Shown: positions 1 to 10,850 of the stretch, one piece after another
How the letters are laid out: the number at the start of each line of letters is the position of its first letter
Numbering within the stretch: the first letter of the stretch is position 1
From: an uncultured delta proteobacterium
GTDB taxonomy: Bacteria > Desulfobacterota > Binatia > Binatales > Binataceae
DNA length: 64,000 nt
NCBI GenBank assembly: GCA_963808235.1
Contig: CAWEEQ010000004.1
Location: 608,001 to 672,000, forward strand
Direction: 5' to 3'
Translations under genes and position numbers: made by a program
The notes under the pieces: generated by a model
What the model was told of the DNA's origin: nothing
Seen by the model: the letters and a program-made list of their open reading frames with translations, nothing else
Databases searched by the model: none

Positions 1-1
1 C

Positions 2-937
2 CAATACACCGAGTTCCAGGATCCAACCGGATACACCGACTATCCGGCGGTGACTCACGACAACGCGCTCGCGACCGAATACCTGGTGCGCAACTGGAAC
101 GGGCCGGCCGGGACGCTGCGCGTCAGCACCATCACCGGTGCGGTCGGATCGGAAGTGCTGACAACGGGCGTTGCGTTCCCGGCGGTGGCGACCGGATGGC
201 AGGATTATGTTGGCATCACGAACTTCGCGCCGCAGCTCGGCTCGACCTCGGGAATCGACACCGATGACAGCCGGATCGGGAACTGTGTATATCGAAACGG
301 CTTTCTCTGGGGGGCGCAGACTGCGTATCTGCCGCGCTCGGGCGCCGCGACTCGATCCGCCGCGCAGTGGTGGCAGATAAACACGGCGAGCGGGAGTCTT
401 GGCGTGGTGCAGCAATTCGGGCGCAGAGACGATGCGCTCGCGCAGTTCGATTACGCGTACCCGACGCTCGACGTCAACGCGGACAACGACATGATGCTTG
501 GCTACTCGCGATTTGGCGCGTCGCAGTATGCGAGCGCAAACTATTCAATCCGGATGCACAACGATCCGCCGAACACGCTCGAGGCCGACACGGTGTTCAA
601 GGCTGGCGAGGCGCCGTACTACAAGGACTTCGGCACCGGCGACAATCGATGGGGCGACTACAGCAACGTGGCCGTCGATCCGGTCAACGACATCGATCTG
701 TGGACGATCCAGGAGTACGCCGGGACCGGCAACAATTGGCAGACCTGGTGGGGAACCGTCTCGTTCAACAAGAGCACGCCGACGGCGACGCCAACCGCGA
801 CCGCAACGCCAACTCCCACCGCGACGCCGACCGCGACCGGCACCGCGACGCCCACGCCGACTCGCACTCCCACGGTGACGCCGACGCCGGTGTGTCACAA
901 TCACCATATCCGTCATCATCGCCATCGCCGGTGCTGA
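2..937 (+). CDS. Secreted/extracellular protein, 5'-truncated by the window, with C-terminal Pro/Thr linker and basic His/Arg tail
   Basis: Frame open from position 2; RWGDYS..DP...WT.QEY motif; (PTAT)n linker at about 775-890. Confidence 0.75.
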   Translation, partial: QYTEFQDPTGYTDYPAVTHDNALATEYLVRNWNGPAGTLRVSTITGAVGSEVLTTGVAFPAVATGWQDYVGITNFAPQLGSTSGIDTDDSRIGNCVYRNGFLWGAQTAYLPRSGAATRSAAQWWQINTASGSLGVVQQFGRRDDALAQFDYAYPTLDVNADNDMMLGYSRFGASQYASANYSIRMHNDPPNTLEADTVFKAGEAPYYKDFGTGDNRWGDYSNVAVDPVNDIDLWTIQEYAGTGNNWQTWWGTVSFNKSTPTATPTATATPTPTATPTATGTATPTPTRTPTVTPTPVCHNHHIRHHRHRRC

Positions 938-1008
938 GTCGGGGCGTGGTAGACCGGGAATGTTCGCGTCAATAGAATCGCTGCCTCAAGGGGTATGGGG
1001 CCGGGAAA

Positions 1009-3437
1009 GTGAGCGGGCGATTATTGCGGCAAGTGGTTCTGATCGCGGCGGTTCTCTCGGTAGTTTCGGCCGCCGCGGGTATCGTTCAGGCGACCAACGA
1101 GTCGCCGCGCGAGCCGTTGGCGCATCGGCGAAGCCATACGCGGCCAGCGGTTTCAGGATGGCCCGGGACTTTCACTTACCGCAACGATAATTTCAGGACC
1201 GGGCAAAATCTCACCGAAACAACGCTGACTCCCGCGACGGTGCAGCCGGGCCTGTTCGGCCTGCTATTTACCGACGCCGTCGACGGGCAGATTTACGCCG
1301 AGCCGCTGTATGTTCCCGCGGTGCCGATGGCCGACGGCACGCACAACGTCGTGTACGTCGCCACCGAGCTCGACAGCGTGTTCGCGTTTGATGCTGACAC
1401 GCCGGGTCCCCCGCTTTGGCAGGATACTTTCACCGATCCGCCGAACATCACGGCGGTGCCGGCGGCGGATACGATGAGCACCGACATCATGCCGTGGGTT
1501 GGAATCACATCGACGCCGGTGATCGACTCATCGACGGATACGCTGTACGTCCTGACCAAGGTGAAGTCGCTGGCGCCGACGACCACGTATCAGGAGCAGC
1601 TTCACGCGCTTGATATCGCGACCGGGCTTGAGAAGCACACTCCGGTCACGATTGCGGCCAGCGTAGCAGGCACCGGGGCGGGCAGCGTCGATGGGGAAAT
1701 CGCGTTCGATCCGCTAACGCAAAACGATCGCGCGGCGCTGACGGTCGCGGGCGGCGTCGTTTATCTCACCTTCGCCTCGCACGGCGACAACGGGCCATAT
1801 CACGGATGGATTCTTGGATACGATGAGAAGACGCTCGCGCAAGTGGTCGTGTACAACGCGAATCCCAATGGCTCTGATGGCGGGATCTGGCAATCGGGAT
1901 GTGGTCCCGGCGTCGACACCAACGGCGATTTAATCGTGATCACCGGCAACGGAACTTTCGAAACCACATGCCGCGCGTTGATTACGGCGATAGTTTTTTG
2001 CGGCTCACGCCCGATTTGGCCGATGATACCCTGACCCTCTCCAGTTTTTTCACGCCGTCCGACGAAGCAACTCTCAACGCCGACGACCTCGACCTGGGAT
2101 CGGGTGGCAACCTTCTGCTGCCCGATCAGCCGGGGACAAATCCTCATCTGATGATCAGCGCCGGCAAACAAGGCAACATTTATGTCGTCAATCGCGACAG
2201 CATGGGCGGATTCAATTCCGGTTCCGATCAAGTGGTGCAGGAACTGAAAAACGCGATCGGCGGTTTGTTCGGCACGGCCGCGTATTGGCAGGGGATGCGA
2301 AAGGGAAAGCTCCAGAACCTGGTGTACGTCGCCGGTTCATCCGATTATCCTAAGATGTTCGTTATTTCCAACGGCCTGCTCCAGACTCCTGCCGCGTCGA
2401 TGGCCGCGAACCCTTACGCGTTCCCACCGCCGTCGCCGGTCATCTCCGCCAACGGCACCAGCGGCGGGATCATGTGGTTCATCGACAGCACGAAATACGG
2501 GGCTCCCGGGCCGCCGTCGGGACCGGCGGTGCTCCATGCGTTCGATGCGACCGATCTCACTAACGAGCTTTACAACAGCAGTATGTCGTCCGCCGACAAT
2601 CCGGGAAACGCTGTAAAGTTCACCGTCCCGACCGTGGCCAATGGAAAAGTTTACTTGGGAACGCAGACCCAACTCGCCGCGTTCGGGCTGCTGCCAACTC
2701 CGACGCCGACCCCGACCGCGACTCCGACTGCGACGGCGACCACTACCGCGACGCCAACGACGACTCCGACTGCAACTCCGAGCGCGACTGCAACCCCGGT
2801 CGCCAACTCGATCGACCTCAAGCCGAAGTTTATTTCTTTTCCGAACGAAGCTATCGCCGATGACGCCGAGACCAGCAACCCGGTCACTGTGACGGTCACC
2901 AATCAGAGCGGAGTCGGGTTCGTTACATTTCTCGCACCCACTATCAGCGGCGGGTTTAAGGTGACGTCCAATGGATGCGTCGGGCAATTGGCGCCCGGAA
3001 AGAGTTGCGAACTCAAGGTCGCTTACACTCCAACCGCGCTGGGTATGCAGCGCGGAAAGCTGCGCATCAACAGCGACGTCCAAGGTGGTCCGCACTCGGT
3101 CAAGCTCAAGGGGATGGGAATCGCGCCGAAAATCAAGATGCGACCGAAGTCGCTCGACTTCGGCCAGGTGCAGGCCGGCACCACGAGTCCCGCGCAGAGC
3201 GTCACGCTGACCAATTCGAGTGCGGTCTCGGTCACGCTCGCGGTGGCTCCTGCAGCGACTCCGCCGTACAACGTAAGCGCGAACACGTGCGATACGCTCC
3301 CGGCGCACGACGGGACTTGCACCATCTCGGTTGAATTCGATCCCGCCAGTCCGGGCGAATTCAAGGGCAGGCTGGAAATCCGCGACGATGGCGCGAAGAG
3401 CCCGCAGCACGTCCAGCTGCAAGGCATCGCAAAGTAG
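1009..3437 (+). CDS. Secreted PQQ-like beta-propeller protein with PT linker and two C-terminal Ig-like (choice-of-anchor D/ASH-type) domains; frameshift near 1965
   Basis: ORFs 1009..2034 and 1899..3437 join as ..TGNGTFET/MPRVDYGDSFLRL..; signal peptide; TYRNDNFRTGQN, GIWQSG, DLDLGSGG and KFTVPTVANGKVY motifs. Confidence 0.75.
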
Positions 3438-3442
3438 CAGCG

Positions 3443-4774
3443 ATGCGGGCCGTTCATCCAGACAGCTCGGCACAGCAGTCAAAACTAGCCGCGTGGGTCC
3501 CGCGGCCGCGCCGCTACCTGGCCGCGATGTTCGCGATGCTGATGTCGGCGACCATTTTCGAGGGCTACGACATCACGATCTTTCATCTCTGCACGCCCGA
3601 GATCGCGCGCACCTTTCATATGAGCGACGCCGGCGTCGGCTTGATGGCGACGATCGTCCGGTTCGGCGGGATGCTCTCTTTCTTCGTGGTAATCCTCGCC
3701 GATCGTTACGGGCGAAAGCCCATCATCTCGATCACAGTGCTCTGCTACACGGTCCTCACACTCTTCACCGCTATTTCGTCGGGAGTCCCGTCGTTTACGA
3801 TCTTCCAGAGCGGGGCGCAGATCTTCCTGGCCGCGGAATTCGGGGTCGCGGTTACGATGATCAGCGAGGAGTTTCCCGACGCACGCCGCGGGCGCGCGAT
3901 CGCGAGTTTGCACATGGTCGCGTTTTTCGGGGTGACCGCCGCCGCGCTTACCTACGCGTTCATGGTGGAGTCGCGATGGGGATGGCGCGGGATGTATATG
4001 CTCGGCATCGCGCCGCTGCTGCTGATCGCATTTCTTAGAAGAGGGTTGAAAGAGACGGCCCGATTCAACGCGCTCGAACGCGCGCGAATCGCAGCGGGAC
4101 GGGCGCGCGCGGAGTTCTGGACCTCGATTCGCAATTGCCTTACGCCATTTGCCGGCCCATATCGCTCGCGCCTGCTGATCGTTGCGGCGTTGTGGAATTC
4201 GATCGGATTGATTGGCGGACCGACGGTCACATATTTCAGCCTCTACACCCGCCGCGACCATCATTGGAAGGCGCATCAGGTCACCGAGGCGGTGATTCTC
4301 GCCTACTTCATGGGCTCGATCGGCAGCATGCTGAGTGGATTCATGATGGATCGGCTCGGGCGCAAATTTACGACCAGTTTTTTCTACGCTATGTCGGCCG
4401 GCGCGATGTACTTTCTCTTCACCAGCGACAGTCATGCGGGGATTCTTGCAGGCGAAGTCGTTACGATGTTCGCGTACCAGGCCGCACGCACCGCGACCTC
4501 GGCAATTTCCACCGAGTTGTTTCCGACCGCGATTCGCGCGACCGGCTACAACCTCTGCGTGCAGGTGATCGGGCAGGTGTGCTGGATGCTCTCGCCGGTC
4601 GTGATCGGTCTGCTCTCGGTGCCGCTCGGCGGACTCGGCAACGCGTCGTCGATCTTCGCGGCCGGTCCGTTCATCGGAATCGTGATCGTGCTGTTCCTGA
4701 TTCCTGAAACGCGCGGCAAGACGCTCGAGGAACTATCGCCGAGCGTCACCGAATTACCTCCAGCGCAGCACTGA
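3443..4774 (+). CDS. MFS transporter
   Basis: About 12 hydrophobic segments; ADRYGRK and MDRLGRK motif A copies; ELFPT..R and PETRGKTLEE. Confidence 0.92.
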   Translation: MRAVHPDSSAQQSKLAAWVPRPRRYLAAMFAMLMSATIFEGYDITIFHLCTPEIARTFHMSDAGVGLMATIVRFGGMLSFFVVILADRYGRKPIISITVLCYTVLTLFTAISSGVPSFTIFQSGAQIFLAAEFGVAVTMISEEFPDARRGRAIASLHMVAFFGVTAAALTYAFMVESRWGWRGMYMLGIAPLLLIAFLRRGLKETARFNALERARIAAGRARAEFWTSIRNCLTPFAGPYRSRLLIVAALWNSIGLIGGPTVTYFSLYTRRDHHWKAHQVTEAVILAYFMGSIGSMLSGFMMDRLGRKFTTSFFYAMSAGAMYFLFTSDSHAGILAGEVVTMFAYQAARTATSAISTELFPTAIRATGYNLCVQVIGQVCWMLSPVVIGLLSVPLGGLGNASSIFAAGPFIGIVIVLFLIPETRGKTLEELSPSVTELPPAQH

Positions 4775-4789
4775 GTAGCGTCCGACAAT

Positions 4790-5275
4790 TTAACCTCCGA
4801 GTTGCGTCCGGATTGCCTCCACGATCGCTCCAGGAGCCATCGAGATATCCACGACGATCGCATCGTCGGGCTCCTCCAGCGTGTCGAACTGACTTTGCAA
4901 TAGCGACGGATTCATGAAATGGCCGGTGCGGCCGGCAAGCCGCTCAGCGATCACTTGCTGCGATCCTTTCAGGTAGACAATTCTGACCGCCTCACGATCG
5001 ACGACAATCTCGTCGCGATACGACTGCTTCAACGCAGAGCAAGCGACGACGCCATTTCTGCCCGATGACAGCATCGACTGAACAAGACCGCGAACCGCCC
5101 GCAGCCACGGTGCGCGATCGTCGTCGTTGAGCGGCACACCTGCACGCATCTTACGCTTGCTTTCCTCGGTATGAAGATCGTCGCCGTCGTGAAATTCCCA
5201 TCCGAGCGCCGCGGCGAGCGCCCGCCCGGTCGTCGATTTCCCGGCGCCCGATACTCCCATCACGATTACAACCAT
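4790..5275 (-). CDS. gntK: Gluconokinase (GntK/IdnK family)
   Basis: MGVSGAGKST P-loop, DGDDLH, ACSALKQSYR, GHFM..SLLQSQFDTLE. Confidence 0.9.
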   Translation of the reverse strand: MVVIVMGVSGAGKSTTGRALAAALGWEFHDGDDLHTEESKRKMRAGVPLNDDDRAPWLRAVRGLVQSMLSSGRNGVVACSALKQSYRDEIVVDREAVRIVYLKGSQQVIAERLAGRTGHFMNPSLLQSQFDTLEEPDDAIVVDISMAPGAIVEAIRTQLGG

Positions 5276-5290
5276 CGCAGCGTCCTTTCC

Positions 5291-5318
5291 TTGACAGTGG
5301 GCGGAGTCGGTCTAACAT
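5291..5318 (+). promoter_or_regulatory. Candidate sigma70 promoter for the amidohydrolase operon
   Basis: TTGACA-16 nt-TAACAT in the divergent intergenic region. Confidence 0.4.
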
Positions 5319-5381
5319 ACAAATGGAGCATCCGATCGCAAATCGCTCGTTCGCTCGCGACGGACAGCCAGGAGGTCGGCA

Positions 5382-6608
5382 ATGGCAGGCGCAACTATCG
5401 GCGAAATCAACGAACCCAACCGCTGGCGACTCGAGACGCCCGGACATTCCGGATGGAAACGGTCAGCGCGTCCCGACGACCCGAACAAGTTTTTGATGAT
5501 CTCGGCGGATTGCCACTGCGTCGAACCGTCGAATCTCTGGGTGGATCGAATCGATCGCAAATATCGCGATCGCCTGCCGCGAATCGAAGTCGACGAGAAC
5601 GGCGTGCGCTGGGCGGTTTCTGAAGGATGGTCGCGCTCGCGATTGCTCGACAACCGTCTCGAAGGCGAGGATCACCGCCGCTCCAAGGCGGGCGCCGATC
5701 CAGTCGAGCGCCTCAAGGATCTCGACCTCGACGGCGTCGATGCCGAAGTAATCTTCCCGAACAAAGGCCTCACGATGTGGGCGACCTCCGACGCCGACTT
5801 CGCGCAGGCGCAATGCCGCATCTACAACGACTGGGCGTGGGAAACATTTTCCAAATACTATGATCGGATGTCGCCGCTCGCCGCGATCGCGACCGCTGAC
5901 TTGCCGGGATCGATCAAGGAGGTCGAGCGCGTCGCGAAACTCGGCTTCCGCGGCCTGACCTTGCCGTGCAAGCCGATCTTCGGCGCTCACGACCCGCGCC
6001 ATCCCAACTACAACTTCGCGATGTTCGATCCGCTGTGGGCAGCGATCCAGGAAACCGGCCTGCCGATCACGTTCCACGTTTCCACCGGCCGCGATCCGCG
6101 CGCGGCGCGCAAGGACGGCGGCGCTGTCATCAACTACGTTTCACATTCGCTTGTGCCGACCATCGAGCCGGTTGCGAATCTATGCGGCTCGGGCGTGCTC
6201 GAACGCTTTCCCGGAATTCGCTTTGGCGCAATCGAGTCCGGCATCGGATGGGTCGCCTGGGCGCTCAATGCGATGGACGAGGCTTACCACAAACATCACA
6301 TGTGGGCGCTGCCGAGACTCAAGATGCTGCCGAGCGAGTATTTTCGCGCGCACGGATTCGCGTCGTTTCAGGAAGATCCGGTCGGCCTCGATCTCGCGCA
6401 GAAATATAATTTGACCGACAATTTCCTATGGGCCAACGACTATCCTCATCACGAGGGCAGTTGGCCGCATTCGGCCGAAGCGATCGAGCGTCAGATGGGA
6501 CATCTGCCGGAGAACGCGCGCGCGAAAATTCTCGGGCTCAACGCCGCGCGTGTGTTCAATTTCGACGTCGACGCGCTGACGAACCGTCCTCGCGCAACGG
6601 CGAATTGA
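5382..6608 (+). CDS. Amidohydrolase family 2 protein
   Basis: ISADCH, TFHV, WANDYPH motifs; KILGLNAARVF C-terminus. Confidence 0.9.
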   Translation: MAGATIGEINEPNRWRLETPGHSGWKRSARPDDPNKFLMISADCHCVEPSNLWVDRIDRKYRDRLPRIEVDENGVRWAVSEGWSRSRLLDNRLEGEDHRRSKAGADPVERLKDLDLDGVDAEVIFPNKGLTMWATSDADFAQAQCRIYNDWAWETFSKYYDRMSPLAAIATADLPGSIKEVERVAKLGFRGLTLPCKPIFGAHDPRHPNYNFAMFDPLWAAIQETGLPITFHVSTGRDPRAARKDGGAVINYVSHSLVPTIEPVANLCGSGVLERFPGIRFGAIESGIGWVAWALNAMDEAYHKHHMWALPRLKMLPSEYFRAHGFASFQEDPVGLDLAQKYNLTDNFLWANDYPHHEGSWPHSAEAIERQMGHLPENARAKILGLNAARVFNFDVDALTNRPRATAN

Positions 6609-6620
6609 AACGGCTGCTCG

Positions 6621-7481
6621 ATGGAGTGCGCTGATTTTTCGCATCACTACGCCAATCTCAAAGGCGTGCGAATCCATTACGTCACGACAGGGCAGGGCGC
6701 GCCCGTCGTCTTGCTCCACGGATGGCCGCAGACCTGGTACGAGTGGCGGCACATACTGAAGTCGCTCTCCGACAAGTTTGCGTTGGTCGCCCCTGATTTG
6801 CGCGGACTCGGCGATTCCTCACGCCCCAGCTCCGGCTACGATAAGAAAACCGTCGCCAATGACGTTTGGAGTCTCATGCATGATCACCTCGGTCATGCGC
6901 GTTTCGCAGTTGTCGGTCACGATTGGGGCGCGCCGACCGCATTTCGACTCGCCGCTGACCATCCTGCGGAAGTGACGCATCTCGCGATGCTCGATGTTCC
7001 CGTGCCGGGCGATCAGCCCGCCGGTGCCGCGATCGGCGGTTCACCCCGCTGGCATCACACGTTCCATCAGGTCCCCGATTTGCCCGAGGCGCTGACCCAC
7101 GGTCGTGAGCGAACCTATCTCGAATTTTTCTTTATGAACGGATGCGACCAGGCGGGCGCAATCCTCGACGCCGACATCGCGGAATACGTCCGCACCTATT
7201 CGCAGCCCGGCGCGATGCGCGCCGGCTTCAACTTCTACCGCGCGCTCTCGCAGGACGTCGCCGACAATCGCGCGACGCTGGCAACCGGATTCAAACTTCC
7301 GATGCCAACCCTTGGTCTCGGTGGAGGCGGCCCGCGCGGCCGCGGCAACCTGGTCGTCGAGTCGCTCCGCCGCGTCGCAACTCACGCGGAGGGCGGCTCA
7401 ATTCCCGATTGCGGACATTTCATCCCCGAAGAAAAACCCGAAGAGCTAACCCGCATCCTCCGCGAATTCCTCGCGAAGTAA
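6621..7481 (+). CDS. Alpha/beta hydrolase (epoxide hydrolase/haloacetate dehalogenase-like)
   Basis: LHGWPQ, DLRGLGDS, GHDWG (Asp nucleophile), GHFIPEE. Confidence 0.9.
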   Translation: MECADFSHHYANLKGVRIHYVTTGQGAPVVLLHGWPQTWYEWRHILKSLSDKFALVAPDLRGLGDSSRPSSGYDKKTVANDVWSLMHDHLGHARFAVVGHDWGAPTAFRLAADHPAEVTHLAMLDVPVPGDQPAGAAIGGSPRWHHTFHQVPDLPEALTHGRERTYLEFFFMNGCDQAGAILDADIAEYVRTYSQPGAMRAGFNFYRALSQDVADNRATLATGFKLPMPTLGLGGGGPRGRGNLVVESLRRVATHAEGGSIPDCGHFIPEEKPEELTRILREFLAK

Positions 7482-7548
7482 GTGCGAGCCACCTGCACGT
7501 CATCTGAAAGACTTCCGTTCGAATCCGTAGTCTGGTACGCCTCGCTAA

Positions 7549-7562
7549 TGAACGATCGTTCA
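7549..7562. promoter_or_regulatory. Perfect 14-bp palindrome, candidate repressor operator
   Basis: TGAACGATCGTTCA directly before the AAGGAG RBS of the acyl-CoA dehydrogenase. Confidence 0.45.
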
Positions 7563-7575
7563 AGGAGTAGATGCT

Positions 7576-8850
7576 GTGGACTTTACAATTCCGGCTGACA
7601 TCAAGGCTTATCTGGGCGAGCTGGACGCCTTCATCGAGAAGGAAATTAAGCCGCTCGAACGCGAGAACGACAACATTCGATTCTTCGATCATCGGCGCGA
7701 ATGGGCGCGCACCGATTTCGATCGCGGTGGCCTGCCGCGCCACGAGTGGGAAGCGCTGCTCGGCGAGATGCGCCGCCGCGCCGACAAGGCGGGGCATTAT
7801 CGTTACGCGCTGCCAAAGGAATACGGCGGCAAGGACGGCACCAACCTCGCCATGGCGATCATCCGCGAATACCTCGCGGCGAAGGGACTCGGTCTGCACA
7901 ACGATCTGCAGAACGAAAACTCGATCGTCGGCAATCTTCCAACCGTGCTGATGTTTCGCGACTTCGGCACGCCAGAGCAAAAGAAAAAAATCATTCCCGC
8001 CATCCTCGACGGCTCGATGCGCATCGCGTTCGGATTGACCGAGCCCAACCACGGCTCCGACGCAACCTGGATGGAGACGCGCGCCACTCGCGACGGCGAC
8101 AGTTGGCGAATCACTGGCGCAAAAATGTGGAACACCGGTCTCCACGTCGCCACTCACGATTTCATTTTCGCGCGCCACGACGGCAGGGACGGCAGCCCCA
8201 AGGGCATCGGATGCTTCATCGTTCCGGTCAAGAGCCCCGGCTTCAAGATCGAGGAGTATCTGTGGACCTTCAACATGCCGACCGACCATCCGCGCATCTC
8301 GCTGACCGATGTCGTCATTCCCGCCGACGCGATTCTCGGCGAATTGGACAACGGCCTCGCACTGGCGCAGCACTTCGTGCACGAGAATCGCATTCGCCAG
8401 GCGGCATCGTCGCTTGGCGCCGCACAATACTGCATCGATGAAAGCGTGAAGTACGCCAAGGAGCGCAAGCCGTTCGGCAAGCCGCTCGCCAACAACCAGG
8501 CGATTCAATGGCCGCTGGTCGAGTTGCATACCGAAGCGGCGATGATTCGCGGCCTGATCCATAAGACCGCCTGGGAGATGGATCAGATGTCGAAGCCGGA
8601 GGTCGCGCTGAAACTCTCCGACAAGGTCGCGATGTGTAACTACCGCGCCAACCGCCTGGTCTGCGAGGCTGCCGACCGCGCGATGCAGGTGCATGGCGGA
8701 ATTGGCTACTCGCGCCACAAACCGTTCGAGCACATCTACCGGCATCACCGGCGCTATCGAATCACCGAAGGCTCCGAAGAGATCCAGATGCGCCGGGTCG
8801 CGCAGATCATGTTCGGCTTCGGAAGCCGCAAAACTCAGTCCGACGCATGA
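7576..8850 (+). CDS. Acyl-CoA dehydrogenase (LvaC/ACAD10-11-like)
   Basis: FGLTEPNHGSDA, GAKMW, ERKPFGKPL, QVHGGIG, RITEGSEEIQ. Confidence 0.92.
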   Translation: MDFTIPADIKAYLGELDAFIEKEIKPLERENDNIRFFDHRREWARTDFDRGGLPRHEWEALLGEMRRRADKAGHYRYALPKEYGGKDGTNLAMAIIREYLAAKGLGLHNDLQNENSIVGNLPTVLMFRDFGTPEQKKKIIPAILDGSMRIAFGLTEPNHGSDATWMETRATRDGDSWRITGAKMWNTGLHVATHDFIFARHDGRDGSPKGIGCFIVPVKSPGFKIEEYLWTFNMPTDHPRISLTDVVIPADAILGELDNGLALAQHFVHENRIRQAASSLGAAQYCIDESVKYAKERKPFGKPLANNQAIQWPLVELHTEAAMIRGLIHKTAWEMDQMSKPEVALKLSDKVAMCNYRANRLVCEAADRAMQVHGGIGYSRHKPFEHIYRHHRRYRITEGSEEIQMRRVAQIMFGFGSRKTQSDA

Positions 8851-8858
8851 ACTAGCTA

Positions 8859-9863
8859 ATGAGTAGTAATGATTTCGCCAACCGACTGAGTATTGCCGTC
8901 GCGCGGCATATCGGCTCGCCGGGGACCATCCACGATCTTCAGCGCTTGACCGGCGGCGCCAACAAGACGACCTGGTCCTTCGACGCGGAGGTGGACGGCG
9001 CGCGCCGGCCGTTTATTTTGCAGCTCGCGAGCACTCGCGTCATCGACGAGTCGAATCCGATCGCCGGGGTCTCGCCGCATCTGACCGCGGAGGAAGATGC
9101 GCGGTTGATGATCGCCGCGGTAAAAGCGAACGTCCCCGCGCCTCGCGTGCGCGCGATCCTCGATTCGGACGACGGACTCGGCCCCGGCTATGTCACCGAA
9201 CGGGTCGCGGGCGAAACGCTCGCCACCCGCATCCTGCGTGAAGAGCGCTACGCTGCCGCGCGAGCGTCGATGGCGACGCAGTGCGGTACCATCCTCGCCG
9301 CAATCCATCGCATCCCGCTTGCGGAGGTGCCATTTCTCAAACGGCTCGAGCCCGCGGAACACGTTGCCGTTCAGCGCATGATTGCTGACTATCACGGCTT
9401 TCGATTGCCCGCGCTCGAGTTGGGGCTGCGCTGGGCCGCCGAGCACGCACCGAAAAAGGTGCGGCATACAGTGGTGCACGGCGACTTTCGCGCCGGCAAT
9501 TTCATCGTTGGCGAGGAGGGGATCCGCTGCGTTCTCGACTGGGAAATAGGGCAGAGCGGCGACCCGATGCAGGATCTCGGATGGGTATGCGTCAAAACCT
9601 GGCGCTTCGGCGGCAAAAATCCGGTCGGCGGCTTCGGCACGCGCGAGGATCTTTTCGCCGCTTACGAAAAAGCCAGCGGTCATAGCGTCGATCCCGCCCA
9701 CGTGCGCTTTTGGGAGGCGTACGGCAGCGTGAAGTGGGCGATCGGATGCCTCAGCATGGGCACTCGCGGGATCGAAGAGAACGGTATCGAACGATGTGCA
9801 ATCGGCCGGCGGATCGAAGAACCACTCTGGGACTTTCTCAACCTCATCGAAGGCAAAGACTGA
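8859..9863 (+). CDS. APH/choline kinase-family phosphotransferase (LvaA-like)
   Basis: LTGGA, VHGDFRAGN, LDWE, GDPMQDLGW. Confidence 0.9.
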   Translation: MSSNDFANRLSIAVARHIGSPGTIHDLQRLTGGANKTTWSFDAEVDGARRPFILQLASTRVIDESNPIAGVSPHLTAEEDARLMIAAVKANVPAPRVRAILDSDDGLGPGYVTERVAGETLATRILREERYAAARASMATQCGTILAAIHRIPLAEVPFLKRLEPAEHVAVQRMIADYHGFRLPALELGLRWAAEHAPKKVRHTVVHGDFRAGNFIVGEEGIRCVLDWEIGQSGDPMQDLGWVCVKTWRFGGKNPVGGFGTREDLFAAYEKASGHSVDPAHVRFWEAYGSVKWAIGCLSMGTRGIEENGIERCAIGRRIEEPLWDFLNLIEGKD

Positions 9864-9900
9864 CTAATCGGCTGGGTATTCAGTCTGGAGCTTACTGACT

Positions 9901-10257
9901 ATGCCGAAAAGCATGCCGGATGCAGCTACTCTGCTTAAGGCCGCAATCAAGTATCTCGAAGAAGAGCTGATGCCGACGCTGGAGGGTTTCCATCGCTTCC
10001 AGACTCGCGTCACGGTCAACGTGCTTAGCACGATTCGTCGCGAGCTCGAGCTGCGCGAAACGCAGGCGCAGTCCGAGCGCGCACGCCTGGCAACGATCCT
10101 GGGCCACGACGGCGACCTCGAGTCGATGAGCCGCGAGCTCGCGGAGCGCATCCGCTCCGGCGCCATCGCACTCGACGATCCCGCGCTGCGAGCGCATGTC
10201 CGTCAATCACTCGCCGACGCGCTCGCGATCAGTAACCCCAAGTGGCTGACCCGCTAA
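9901..10257 (+). CDS. Small DUF6285/LvaB-like protein
   Basis: Follows the phosphotransferase; F..RV..NVL..I.REL and LAISNPKW motifs. Confidence 0.75.
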   Translation: MPKSMPDAATLLKAAIKYLEEELMPTLEGFHRFQTRVTVNVLSTIRRELELRETQAQSERARLATILGHDGDLESMSRELAERIRSGAIALDDPALRAHVRQSLADALAISNPKWLTR

Positions 10258-10814
10258 ACTCCGGCGGGCGCGCTGGGAACGCTGAGCGCAAGCATCACCT
10301 CGGTCCATCCGTCGAAAATCAGATCGATTCCGATGAACAGGCCGATAACCCATAGCCCCGAAACCGGCCACGAGCTCCAGATACAGAAGCCCAGGAATAG
10401 TGAGATCAAGCCGTTCAGGACCAGCCATCCGCGATGATGCATCGGCGTCGAAAACGCTACAAAGATTCGAAACGTACCGCCTACGATCAGGAGCATCGCG
10501 ATCAGCAACGTCAGCGTGACCGCGGCCACGCCAGGATGCGTGATCATCAGAAGTCCGGTCACCGCATAGAGCGCTCCTCCCATGAGGTTGATGAAAAATC
10601 CGCCCCACGCGCGCCGCGCAATCCCGTGGATAACCTCGAACACTCCGCCGAAGATTAGGAGCCATCCGAGCAACAGCACCGAAACCATCGTCATCAGTTC
10701 CGCGCTGCCTATCGCAAGAGTACCGATGACGATCAGCACCACTCCCATACAGAGAAACCAGGTGCGATGCGCCCGTACTTCGTCGATTCCCAAAATCGGT
10801 ATGCCCATCGCCAT
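10254..10814 (-). CDS. HdeD/DUF308 family membrane protein
   Basis: Six hydrophobic helices; WP.SGLWVIGLFIGIDLIFDG. Confidence 0.88.
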   Translation of the reverse strand: MAMGIPILGIDEVRAHRTWFLCMGVVLIVIGTLAIGSAELMTMVSVLLLGWLLIFGGVFEVIHGIARRAWGGFFINLMGGALYAVTGLLMITHPGVAAVTLTLLIAMLLIVGGTFRIFVAFSTPMHHRGWLVLNGLISLFLGFCIWSSWPVSGLWVIGLFIGIDLIFDGWTEVMLALSVPSAPAGV

Positions 10815-10850
10815 TTCGCTCGCCTCCTTCGTGCAGGATGAACCCGCCGG

